64,000 nt of DNA from Gemmatimonadota bacterium (GTDB lineage Bacteria > Gemmatimonadota > Gemmatimonadetes > Gemmatimonadales > GWC2-71-9): the NCBI GenBank assembly GCA_039656555.1, contig JBDHLU010000003.1, forward strand, positions 3,452 through 67,451. The letters are read 5' to 3'. Positions within the stretch are counted from its first letter, which is position 1. Each line of letters begins with the position of its first letter. A model generated the notes under the pieces. It searched no databases, was not told the DNA's origin, and saw only the letters and a list, made by a program, of their open reading frames with translations. Below, in pieces: positions 55,992 through 64,000 of the stretch. Both the position numbers and the translations under genes were made by a program.

Positions 55992-58052
55992 ATGACCGTC
56001 ATCGACATCCTGTCCATCGTGATCCTCACCACTACGCTCGTCATTGGCTTGCGGAGCTGGATCAAGGAGCGCGACTGGCGACTTGCCTTGGTGGTGTTCC
56101 CGCTGCCGCTCGCCGCGCTGAGTCATATCCTGGTGGTTGTGGGCCGATCCTCCCTTTTCCCGATCACGCTATCAACCGAGGCGGAGCAGGTAGTCGATTT
56201 GGCGATGGCATCGTTGATTTTCATGGCCACGCTCATCGCAGGGCAATTGGTCGTGCGTCACAAGGCTGCGCTCTCGGATGCGCACGAGAGTGAGTTTCGT
56301 TACCAAACACTGTTCGAGAGTTCTCCGGTCGGGATTGGGGTGGCCGACATGACTGGGGCACTTCTCGCGTGTAACAAGGCGATCCTCGAACCCGGCGGCT
56401 ATACACCTGAGGATATCGTTGCGCTTGGCAACAACGTTGCAGCCCTGTACTACGATCCAGCCGAGAGAGATGCAGTCCTGGCGGAATTCGCCCGTGACGG
56501 GCGAGTGCATGACCGGGAAGTGCGGTACAACCGGAAGGATGGAGGTTGGTATATGGCCAGCCTCAACTTGGTGCCCATCACGTTCAGGGGCCAACCTTGC
56601 ATCTTGGCCATCGTCATGGATGTCACCAAGAGAACGGAAGCCGAAGCGGCGTTACGAGCCTCGGAAAACTTCTTGCGGTTGTCACAGTCGATCGGGCGCA
56701 TCGGGAGTTGGGAATGGAATTTGGCTACCAACCACGCCCGTTGGTCGACCGAAATGTACCGGCTGCACGGTATTGGACCAGAAGAATTCAACAACATCCC
56801 CGAAGACTATACGCGGTTCGTGCATGTCGACGATCGTGCCAAGGTAGAGCAGGCCATCGCGGATCTGTTGAACGGGCATGCGGAGCCGATCGAGTACCGT
56901 ACCGTCCGCGGTGACGGGGAGGAGCGGGTCATGGCAGGGACCAATGCGATCGTGACCGATGATGATGGAAATCCGGTCAGCGTCATCGGAACTCTGCAAG
57001 ACATCACAGACATGAAGAACGCTGAGGCCGCCCTCCGTGCCAGTGAGCAGCGATTCCGTGCCCTGGCGGATGCCACAGAAGAGGGCGTCCTCATTCATGC
57101 GCAAGGAGTGATCCTCGAGGCGAACAATGCGGCAGCCAGGTTGATGGGGTTGGACCCCGACACGATGGTGGGAATGAATGGACTGCAGTACCTGTCCGAG
57201 GAAACGCGGGACCGCGTGCAGGCACACGTCGCACGTGGCGAACCGTTCGTCGGAACTGGTACGATGAACCGTCCCGACGGGACGAATTTCGAAATGGAGT
57301 TCGCCGCCAATCCGGTCGAATACAAAGGGAAGCAGGCCAGAGTCCTGAATTTCCGGGACGTCACGGCACGCAATGAGGCCGAGAGGTCCCTGCGCGAATC
57401 GAGACAGCGGCTGAGGAACTTCGCGGCAAAGCTCGAAGAAGCACGCGAAAGCGAACGGACCTCAGTGTCCAGGGAGATTCACGACGAACTAGGGCAAACC
57501 TTGACTGGCCTGAAGATGGACTTCGCCTGGTTGGCGAAGCACATCACGGTGGATGAAGCAAGTCAATCGCGCATCGATTCTATGGAGCACCTCATCGATG
57601 GAATGGTCCAGACCGTTCGTGACCTCTCCTCTCGGCTGCGCCCCGGGGTGCTCGACGATCTTGGGTTGGTAGCGGCCATCGATTGGCAGGTACGTGAGTT
57701 CCGAGAACGATCCGATATCACGTGTGAGGTGCGGTTGCCCTCGGATACCTTCGATGTCGATGATGCCACGGCCACTGCCGTGTTCCGAATCCTCCAAGAG
57801 GCGCTGACGAACGTAGCGCGTCACTCGTCGGCTTCGCGGGTGGACATCGACTTATCGGCGACGGAGGATTCGTTGTTCTTGACGATTCGCGACAATGGAA
57901 GCGGCGTTCCGGAAGAAGCACTGTGGTCGGCAGACTCCATTGGACTCATCGGCATGCGCGAGCGCGCGGGGGGGTTGGGCGGACGGGTAGAAATCGAAAT
58001 GAACGACGTAGGGGGTACCTCGATCGCGCTCACGCTCCCGCTCCCGCGATGA
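55992..58052 (+). CDS. Multi-PAS sensor histidine kinase (HisKA_3 / NarX-DegS type)
   Basis: N-terminal TM region, three PAS-like modules (repeated AEAALRASE linkers), H-box SREIHDELGQTLTGL, and an ATPase part with TIRDNGSGVP and GLIGMRERA. Confidence 0.85.
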   Translation: MTVIDILSIVILTTTLVIGLRSWIKERDWRLALVVFPLPLAALSHILVVVGRSSLFPITLSTEAEQVVDLAMASLIFMATLIAGQLVVRHKAALSDAHESEFRYQTLFESSPVGIGVADMTGALLACNKAILEPGGYTPEDIVALGNNVAALYYDPAERDAVLAEFARDGRVHDREVRYNRKDGGWYMASLNLVPITFRGQPCILAIVMDVTKRTEAEAALRASENFLRLSQSIGRIGSWEWNLATNHARWSTEMYRLHGIGPEEFNNIPEDYTRFVHVDDRAKVEQAIADLLNGHAEPIEYRTVRGDGEERVMAGTNAIVTDDDGNPVSVIGTLQDITDMKNAEAALRASEQRFRALADATEEGVLIHAQGVILEANNAAARLMGLDPDTMVGMNGLQYLSEETRDRVQAHVARGEPFVGTGTMNRPDGTNFEMEFAANPVEYKGKQARVLNFRDVTARNEAERSLRESRQRLRNFAAKLEEARESERTSVSREIHDELGQTLTGLKMDFAWLAKHITVDEASQSRIDSMEHLIDGMVQTVRDLSSRLRPGVLDDLGLVAAIDWQVREFRERSDITCEVRLPSDTFDVDDATATAVFRILQEALTNVARHSSASRVDIDLSATEDSLFLTIRDNGSGVPEEALWSADSIGLIGMRERAGGLGGRVEIEMNDVGGTSIALTLPLPR

Positions 58053-58678
58053 TCCACGTGTTCGTTGCAGACGATCATCCCGTGGTCCGCGAAGGACTGA
58101 AGCGACTGCTCGTTGACCATCCGGATATCACGATCAGCGGTGAGGCGGAATCCGCTGACGATGTGCTGCAAGGACTACAAGGAGCGACAGTGGATGTGTT
58201 GCTGCTCGACGTTTCTATGCCTGGGCCGGGATTCATCGAGACCATGCGTTGTCTGCGGAGCCAGTACCCAGCCGTAAAGGTGCTGGTGCTGAGTGTGCAT
58301 TCCGAAGACCAGTACGCGCGTCGCGCACTGCGGCTGGGTGCGTCTGGGTATCTCACGAAGGACCAATCCCCTCGCGAGCTTGTCGAGGCTATCAGACGCG
58401 TACACCGGGGGGGGCGATACGTATCGGTGAGTTTGGCAGAACAATTGGCGGCCGACCTTGCCTCTGGTAGGGAGGGGCCGAGTCACGAGCGCTTGTCGGA
58501 TCGCGAATACGAAGTACTGTGTCTCATGAGTGCCGGGAAGGCGACGAAGGAGATCGCCGCCCAGCTCAAAGTGAGTCCCAAGACGGTGAGCACCTACCGG
58601 GCGCGATTGCTCGAGAAACTCGAACTCAAGACCACGGCGGACCTCATTCGTTTCGCTGTGGAACACGGTTTGACATAG
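58049..58678 (+). CDS. NarL/FixJ-family response regulator (REC + LuxR HTH)
   Basis: VFVADDHPVVREGL, LLDVSMPG, YLTKD, and the HTH LSDREYEVLCLMSAGKATKEIAAQLKVSPKTVSTYR. Its start forms an ATGA overlap with the kinase stop. Confidence 0.9.
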   Translation: MIHVFVADDHPVVREGLKRLLVDHPDITISGEAESADDVLQGLQGATVDVLLLDVSMPGPGFIETMRCLRSQYPAVKVLVLSVHSEDQYARRALRLGASGYLTKDQSPRELVEAIRRVHRGGRYVSVSLAEQLAADLASGREGPSHERLSDREYEVLCLMSAGKATKEIAAQLKVSPKTVSTYRARLLEKLELKTTADLIRFAVEHGLT

Positions 58679-58772
58679 TACCTTGCCTGTCAGGCACGTC
58701 CTACAACTGAAGTTCATCGAAGGCTGACGGCGGCTGGATTCGGTAGTCTCTAGGTTGTAGGGTCTTATCGAA

Positions 58773-59153
58773 TTGGGACGCATCATGACAACACCAACGC
58801 GTGACAAACGCGTCCTCGTGGTCGATGACTCCACCGTCATTCGTGAACGCCTCAATGGGATTCTCGAGGACATCGGCGGAGTTACGGTCGTGGGCGAAGC
58901 GGAGGATGGACGGGAAGCGCTGACGATGGTCGAAGACTTGCGACCCGATGTCGTCATTCTCGACATCCGGATGAGTGGTGGTAGTGGCATCGAAGCCCTC
59001 GAGCGGATCAAGAGCCTCAAACCAGCTCCTGTAGTAGCCATTCTGACCAATTATCCGTACTCGCAATACCGAGATCGCTGTGCCGCGCTCGGCGCTGATT
59101 TCTTCTTCGATAAGTCGACAGAGTTCGCCCGCATAGCGGAGGCGTTCGAATAG
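58773..59153 (+). CDS. Single-domain CheY-like response regulator
   Basis: VLVVDDSTVIRERL, VILDIRMSGGSG and FFFDKS. 126 aa, REC domain only. Confidence 0.8.
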   Translation: MGRIMTTPTRDKRVLVVDDSTVIRERLNGILEDIGGVTVVGEAEDGREALTMVEDLRPDVVILDIRMSGGSGIEALERIKSLKPAPVVAILTNYPYSQYRDRCAALGADFFFDKSTEFARIAEAFE

Positions 59154-62100
59154 TGCTCGCGGTGCTGCTGGCGGTGCACGCTCTGTTGGTGCTGGTGTCG
59201 ATCCGGTTCATGCTCCTGACGGGTCGATACCTCCCTTGGGGACTGATCCTCGCGGGTCTGGTAATCGCGAGTGCTTGGCAAATTTGGTTGGGAGGAGATT
59301 TTGTATCGGATCTGACGATGCTGGCTGTCACGGCACTCGTCGTAGCCGGGGCGGCCATACTCGGCCCACCGTTCGCGTTCGGTGGATCGCTCCTTCGGAG
59401 GCCGCCTGCTTCCGACTCACAGTTCCGGAAGCTCGCCGATGGTAGCCTTGACGTTCTGACCGTTCTGGAGTGGGATGGTCGGATCCGGTATGTGAGCGGT
59501 TCGGTCGAGAGCAACCTTGGTTATCGGTCGGATGAGCTCATTGGGAAGAACGCATTCGAGTTCGTGCACGCGGATGACCGCCGCCGTCTCCTTCGGCTCT
59601 TTGCTAAGCGCACATCGATATCAGGTGCCGCCCCCCCAGTGTCCTACAGATTCCGCCACAGGGATGGGAGCTGGCGAACGCTCGAGACCATTGCCAACAA
59701 CCTGATGGACGATAATCAGGTCAGAGGCATCGTTTTGAGTTCTCGGGACATGACTGTCCGTATGCGCATGGAAGACCAGCTGCGCGTCCGCGCGAAGCAA
59801 CAAGAAACCGTGGCTGAAATCGGCCAATTCGCCCTCACAACCGACGATGTGCAATCCCTTTATGAAAAGGCGACGGACTTGGTGCGGGATGCCTTGGGGT
59901 CTTCTTACTGTGTCGTATTCGACCCCCAAGTTGGAGACGACCGTCTCACTGTAGTCGCGAGTAGTGGCGTTCCGGGAGAGACCAAGGAAAGGCTGTTCGC
60001 GCGTCGCCTACAGGATCTGCCTATCGAGGCAGAGTTTCTTCCCGATGTTGCGCCGCATCCCATGTTTGAAGACGTGCCTGCCTTACAGGATCTAGGCGTC
60101 GTGTGTGGTGCCGTCGTCCGGGTTTCGACCGAGTCCGGCCCCGCTGCGTATCTCGCGAGCTTCTGCACCCGTTACCGCGAATACACCGAACAAGATCTGA
60201 ACTTCCTGCAATCCACGGCGAACATCCTCGCTGTGTCGGCAGGGCGGCGTTGGGCCGAGGATGCACTCCAGACGGCCGAGCGGTCGGTGCACACCATGTT
60301 GACGAGTATGCCACTGATCTTCTGGGCGTGGGACAAGAATGGGGTCTTCACCCTCTCGCAGGGTCAGGGGTTGGAGCGTCTTGGGCTCAAGCCCGGCCAG
60401 ATTGTGGGGCAAAGCGTGTTCGACGTGTACAAGGGAGTCCCGGAGATTCTCGATCACGCGAAGCAGGCACTGGCGGGCCGATCGTTCTCGGCGACGGTCG
60501 ATCTCGACGAGACAGCGTGGGATGTATGGTATCGGCCGATCCGCGACGAGGCCGGCAGCGTGACCGGTGTACTCGGCGTCGGTTTGGACGTGGCCGATCG
60601 CCGTCGCGCGGAAGAAGGCGTACGGCGCATCTTCCAAATGAGTCAGGAACTACTCTGCGTCGGATCGTTGGACGGAAGCCTGCTGAGTGTGAACCCAGCC
60701 TTCACCCGTACGCTCGGCTGGTCGGAAGAGGATCTGATCGGCAATTCCGTGCTCTCGTTCGTGCATCCAGACGACCGTTCGAATTCGGCGATAGAACTCC
60801 AACGTGTCGCCGATGGTCATTCAACCGTGCGATTCGAGAATCGTTGCCGATGTGCCGACGGCGGGTACCGGTGGCTTTCATGGATGGCCACGCCGATGCT
60901 GGAAACTGGATTGGTGTATGCCTCCGCTAGAGATGTGACCGAAGCGAAAATGTCGCAACGGGCGCTGCTGGCCTCTGAAGAAAAGTTCGCCAAGGCATTT
61001 CATTCCAACCCGACCCTGATGGCGATTACTCGCCTCGATGACGGAGGTTACGTCGAAGTCAACGACAGTTATCTCGACGCGCTTGGGTATACCCGTGAAG
61101 AGATCCTGGGCAAGTCGACACTGGAGCTGGAGATCTGGGCCGATCCGTTCGCTCGAGACTCGATTGTCGAGGAGATTGCCGAAAAGGGAGCTGTCCGACA
61201 TCGCTTGGTAGAATACGCAGCGAAGAACGGTGACCTACGTCTCGGCCTGCTTTCGGTGGAGCTCATCACCTTGGGTGGAGAGCAGTATGCACTCGCGCTC
61301 GTTGACGACATTACGTCACGCAAGAAGGCTGAGGAGGCGCTCCTTCGATCCGAGGCAGAGTTCCGCCACCTTGTAGACCATGCCATCTACGGCATCTATC
61401 GCTCTAACGAGAAGGGCCAACTCCTCTCGGTCAATCCGGCACTAGTGGAGATGCTTGGCTACGATTCGGCTGAGGACTTGATGGCAATCGACATGGCGAG
61501 AGATGTGTATGTGGACGAGAGTGAGCGGAAACGCCTCGTCGATCAATACAGGGAGCGCGGGATCATTCGGCACCTCGACGTCGAATGGCAACGCAAGGAC
61601 GGTGCGCCGATCACCGTTCGCCTGTCGGGCCGACCCGTTCGTGACGCGACGACGGGAGAACTCCAATTCGAGATGTTCGTGGAGGATGTTACGGAACGTC
61701 GAGCACTCGAGGCCCAGCTGCAACAAGCACAGAAAATGGAAGCGATCGGCCAACTCACGGGTGGGATCGCCCATGACTTCAACAACATTCTCACAGCTGT
61801 TCTCGGTAACGCAGAAATCCTCGCGGCCGACCTGCCACCAGAATTTGCCAACCTGCAAGCCGAAGTGACGGATATTCGTTCCGCCGCCCAGCGGGGTGCT
61901 GCCATGATCCGGAAGTTGATGACTTTCAGCCGTCGGGAAGCGCTGGAGATGAATGCCATCGATCCTGATCAACTTTGTCGCGATACCACCTCCATGCTCC
62001 GCCGAATCCTGCCAGCGAATATCACCATCGATGTGCAACCGGGCGGGATAGAACGCGCAGTGATTGCCGATCGGGGTGCCATCGAGCAGGTGTTGGTGAA

Positions 62101-62863
62101 TCTGGCGACAAATGCCCGTGATGCCATGGACCGCGGGGGCACACTTTCAGTAAAGACAGCGCTGACCACCATCGATGTGCGCGAGGCGGCCCAACGTGGG
62201 ATCGAGGGCGTTGGGGAGTTTGTTGTGATCAGCGTTGGCGATACCGGGACGGGGATGGATGCCGAGACGCTCGCTCATATCTTTGAACCGTTCTACACGA
62301 CCAAGCCAACTGGGCGCGGTACCGGCCTCGGCATGGCGATGGTGTACGGCTTGGTGTCGCGTCACGGCGGGTTCGTCAAAATCGAAAGCGCACTTGGTGA
62401 GGGAACTACTGTACACGTGTTCTTCCCGGCCGTAGATGCTGTGGTGGACAAGCCCCAAGATCAGGTGGCCACCGACCTTCCTCGCGGTTCCGAGCGCGTG
62501 CTCTTGGTTGAAGACGAAGCTGCCCTTCGAAGGATGGGTGAGCGGATCTTGACTCGGTTCGGCTACAGCGTTGTGACCGCGGAGGACGGCCAAGCGGCGT
62601 GGGACTTGCTTTGCGCGGGTGCCAACGAAATAGACTTGATCGTTACCGACGTGATCATGCCACGCCTGAGTGGCGGTGAGTTGTACGAACGGGTACGGGG
62701 AACAGACTGTCGCACGCCGTTCCTATTCACGACGGGTTACGCTGCCTCGGAAATCGATGGGGGGTCGATGCAAGCGGATGGTGTACCGATGTTGCCTAAA
62801 CCGTGGACGGCTGACCAGTTGGTCCGAGGCGTTCGCGGAGCGCTGGACGCCCAGCGCTCCTAG
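59153..62863 (+). CDS. Hybrid sensor histidine kinase (TM, multiple PAS/GAF, HisKA, HATPase, REC)
   Basis: 1236 aa. Several PAS blocks, H-box [16 protein letters not shown] boxes [17 protein letters not shown] and GTGLGMAMV, and a C-terminal receiver [11 protein letters not shown]...[10 protein letters not shown]...LPKP. Confidence 0.9.
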   Translation: MLAVLLAVHALLVLVSIRFMLLTGRYLPWGLILAGLVIASAWQIWLGGDFVSDLTMLAVTALVVAGAAILGPPFAFGGSLLRRPPASDSQFRKLADGSLDVLTVLEWDGRIRYVSGSVESNLGYRSDELIGKNAFEFVHADDRRRLLRLFAKRTSISGAAPPVSYRFRHRDGSWRTLETIANNLMDDNQVRGIVLSSRDMTVRMRMEDQLRVRAKQQETVAEIGQFALTTDDVQSLYEKATDLVRDALGSSYCVVFDPQVGDDRLTVVASSGVPGETKERLFARRLQDLPIEAEFLPDVAPHPMFEDVPALQDLGVVCGAVVRVSTESGPAAYLASFCTRYREYTEQDLNFLQSTANILAVSAGRRWAEDALQTAERSVHTMLTSMPLIFWAWDKNGVFTLSQGQGLERLGLKPGQIVGQSVFDVYKGVPEILDHAKQALAGRSFSATVDLDETAWDVWYRPIRDEAGSVTGVLGVGLDVADRRRAEEGVRRIFQMSQELLCVGSLDGSLLSVNPAFTRTLGWSEEDLIGNSVLSFVHPDDRSNSAIELQRVADGHSTVRFENRCRCADGGYRWLSWMATPMLETGLVYASARDVTEAKMSQRALLASEEKFAKAFHSNPTLMAITRLDDGGYVEVNDSYLDALGYTREEILGKSTLELEIWADPFARDSIVEEIAEKGAVRHRLVEYAAKNGDLRLGLLSVELITLGGEQYALALVDDITSRKKAEEALLRSEAEFRHLVDHAIYGIYRSNEKGQLLSVNPALVEMLGYDSAEDLMAIDMARDVYVDESERKRLVDQYRERGIIRHLDVEWQRKDGAPITVRLSGRPVRDATTGELQFEMFVEDVTERRALEAQLQQAQKMEAIGQLTGGIAHDFNNILTAVLGNAEILAADLPPEFANLQAEVTDIRSAAQRGAAMIRKLMTFSRREALEMNAIDPDQLCRDTTSMLRRILPANITIDVQPGGIERAVIADRGAIEQVLVNLATNARDAMDRGGTLSVKTALTTIDVREAAQRGIEGVGEFVVISVGDTGTGMDAETLAHIFEPFYTTKPTGRGTGLGMAMVYGLVSRHGGFVKIESALGEGTTVHVFFPAVDAVVDKPQDQVATDLPRGSERVLLVEDEAALRRMGERILTRFGYSVVTAEDGQAAWDLLCAGANEIDLIVTDVIMPRLSGGELYERVRGTDCRTPFLFTTGYAASEIDGGSMQADGVPMLPKPWTADQLVRGVRGALDAQRS

Positions 62864-63042
62864 CTTTCTTGGCCCCGAACGAGAGCCACGACGACGTTGA
62901 CGACGGCCTCTCGCGCATTGTCGACTTCCTGCTGTAACACGACCTTGCTACCGATGTGCCTCGCCTCTCGTGCCACAATTGCCTCTTCGAACGCTCCCAA
63001 GGCATCCTGCAACTTCTTCATCATTTCTTTCCCGCGACTCAT
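62860..63042 (-). CDS. Small helical hypothetical protein (60 aa)
   Basis: The ORF fills the gap after the DUF4342 gene. It looks like an amphipathic helix (MSRGKEMMKKLQDALGAFEEAIVAREA...). Support is weak. Confidence 0.3.
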   Translation of the reverse strand: MSRGKEMMKKLQDALGAFEEAIVAREARHIGSKVVLQQEVDNAREAVVNVVVALVRGQES

Positions 63043-63056
63043 CGATATCTCTCTTC

Positions 63057-63311
63057 CTAGTCTTTGACTTTTTCAACGACAATCGTGAGGTCGACAGCGA
63101 GCGCCGCGATCGCGCCCACCGCCGCCCACACAGGCATCAACATTGCGCCGACCACACCAATGGTGAGAGGAATCTCTATGAGAGTCTTTCCCTCATCATT
63201 CTTGATGATGATTCTCCGGATATTGCCTTGGCGGAGAATCTCCTTGATCTTGGCAACGAGTCCGTCTCCTTGAACGCGATGCTCTTCCGTGTGGACGGAT
63301 TCTTCCGTCAT
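63057..63311 (-). CDS. DUF4342-like protein
   Basis: GLVAKIKEILRQGNIRRIIIKNDEGKTLIEIPLTIGVVGAMLMPVWAAVGAIAAL is the pattern I associate with DUF4342. Confidence 0.55.
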   Translation of the reverse strand: MTEESVHTEEHRVQGDGLVAKIKEILRQGNIRRIIIKNDEGKTLIEIPLTIGVVGAMLMPVWAAVGAIAALAVDLTIVVEKVKD

Positions 63312-63314
63312 CAG

Positions 63315-63677
63315 CTATCTCCGCTTTGCCTTGCTGGTCTTACGCTTGGTCGCTTTTTTCTTCTTTGTCTTCTTGGTGGCTTTCCGCTTCTTCGCCTTCT
63401 TCTTGCGTCGGCTCAAAAGTCCGGCGGCGGCAGCCGCACCCACGGCGACAGCGGCGCCGGCGGCAGCAGCCAGAGTCGTCCGGCGCTTGGTCGACTTCTT
63501 CTTGCGCGTCGTAGCCTTCTTGACGCGTTTCTTCGCGGCCGTAACTGCCTTCTTGGTGCGCTTTCTCACTTTGGTCGCTGTGCGCTTCGCCCTCTTCGTG
63601 CCTTTCTTGAGTGCTGCTCGACCCCGCTTGACCATCTTCTTCGTTCGAGATGCTGTTGAGCGTTTTCGCGTTGCCAT
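63315..63677 (-). CDS. Lys/Ala-rich histone-H1-like basic protein
   Basis: GGGAGA SD and ATG 63677. MATRKRSTASRTKKMVKRGRAALKKGTKRAKRTATKVRKRTKKAVTAAKKRVKK..., interrupted by an Ala/Gly hydrophobic stretch (LAAAAGAAVAVGAAAAAGLL). Confidence 0.55.
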   Translation of the reverse strand: MATRKRSTASRTKKMVKRGRAALKKGTKRAKRTATKVRKRTKKAVTAAKKRVKKATTRKKKSTKRRTTLAAAAGAAVAVGAAAAAGLLSRRKKKAKKRKATKKTKKKKATKRKTSKAKRR

Positions 63678-63792
63678 CGTCCAGAGTCTCCCGTCATCAC
63701 ACAAGGTTGGATCTTCAATATAGTGGCCCATCGCACAGTGATGCGAGCAGTTGGGTCACCCGCCCGTCACTAGAACCACCATATGCGCATGA

Positions 63793-64000
63793 CTATTGAC
63801 CCGTTGCAATCCGATCGATGAGTTCCAGGTTGGTTTTCGTGCCCTCCACGAGCGAGATGAGTTCCTTCATCGCGTTGACCGGTGTGAGGTTGGCAAGCCG
63901 ATTCCGGAGCAGGTGTGACACCTTGAGCGCGTCGGGCGAGAGCAGAAGTTCTTCGCGACGTGTGGCACTCGCGTTCAGGTCGATCGCCGGATAAACCCGG
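63793..64000 (-). CDS. rho: Transcription termination factor Rho (C-terminal about 68 aa; N-terminus off the right edge)
   Basis: My translation of the minus strand gives RVYPAIDLNASATRREELLLSPDALKVSHLLRNRLANLTPVNAMKELISLVEGTKTNLELIDRIATGQ-stop, which matches the conserved Rho C-terminus (FPAID...SGTR.EELL...AME.L). It is open to the window edge, so it is absent from the ORF track. Confidence 0.8.
   Translation of the reverse strand, partial: RVYPAIDLNASATRREELLLSPDALKVSHLLRNRLANLTPVNAMKELISLVEGTKTNLELIDRIATGQ

Noticed and set aside
58175-59050. 291-aa minus-strand ORF across the NarL-type and CheY-like genes
   Set aside because: It lies antisense to two canonical response-regulator genes and is Ser/Arg/Thr-rich low complexity.

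Overview
GC-rich bacterial chromosomal segment. The gene content (Ser/Thr kinase with TPR, S9 peptidase, Mla, ChaN, many PAS kinases) fits a Gemmatimonadota- or Acidobacteriota-like organism, but that is only an impression. I call about 65 protein genes and 2 tRNAs. I found no rRNA, CRISPR array, transposase or integrase.

Gene order, left to right:
- An imuB-dnaE2 translesion 'mutasome' cassette on the minus strand. dnaE2 runs off the left edge. A radical-SAM gene and a Cys-rich mini-ORF sit where imuA normally is.
- A Na/Pi cotransporter with a PhoU-like gene.
- A co-directional module of a large nuclease-less N6-adenine methyltransferase, an SNF2/DEAH helicase and a kinase-dead membrane DHp protein. 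This is my best candidate for an undescribed defence or epigenetic system.
- A long run of housekeeping, transport and metabolic genes, including CPA1 antiporter, S9 peptidase, DAACS symporter, SDR, Nudix, DtxR/MntR, nucleoside hydrolase, NadE, thioesterase, patatin and MlaEFD.
- RNase Z directly upstream of two CCA-less tRNAs (Ala-CGC, Gln-CTG) that sit in long complementary flanks.
- About 0.9 kb with no convincing gene.
- A seven-gene plus-strand cluster of secreted or unknown proteins, including a Tat-signal flavin-reductase-like protein and a C39-like peptidase-fold protein.
- An ATP-grasp ligase, an APC permease fused to regulatory domains, and a Ser/Thr kinase with TPR.
- A two-component block: PAS kinase, NarL-type regulator, CheY-like protein and a 1236-aa hybrid kinase.
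- Three small genes downstream of a partial rho at the right edge.

All calls come from reading the ORF translations and the DNA by eye. Start codons are approximate, and no database search was possible.
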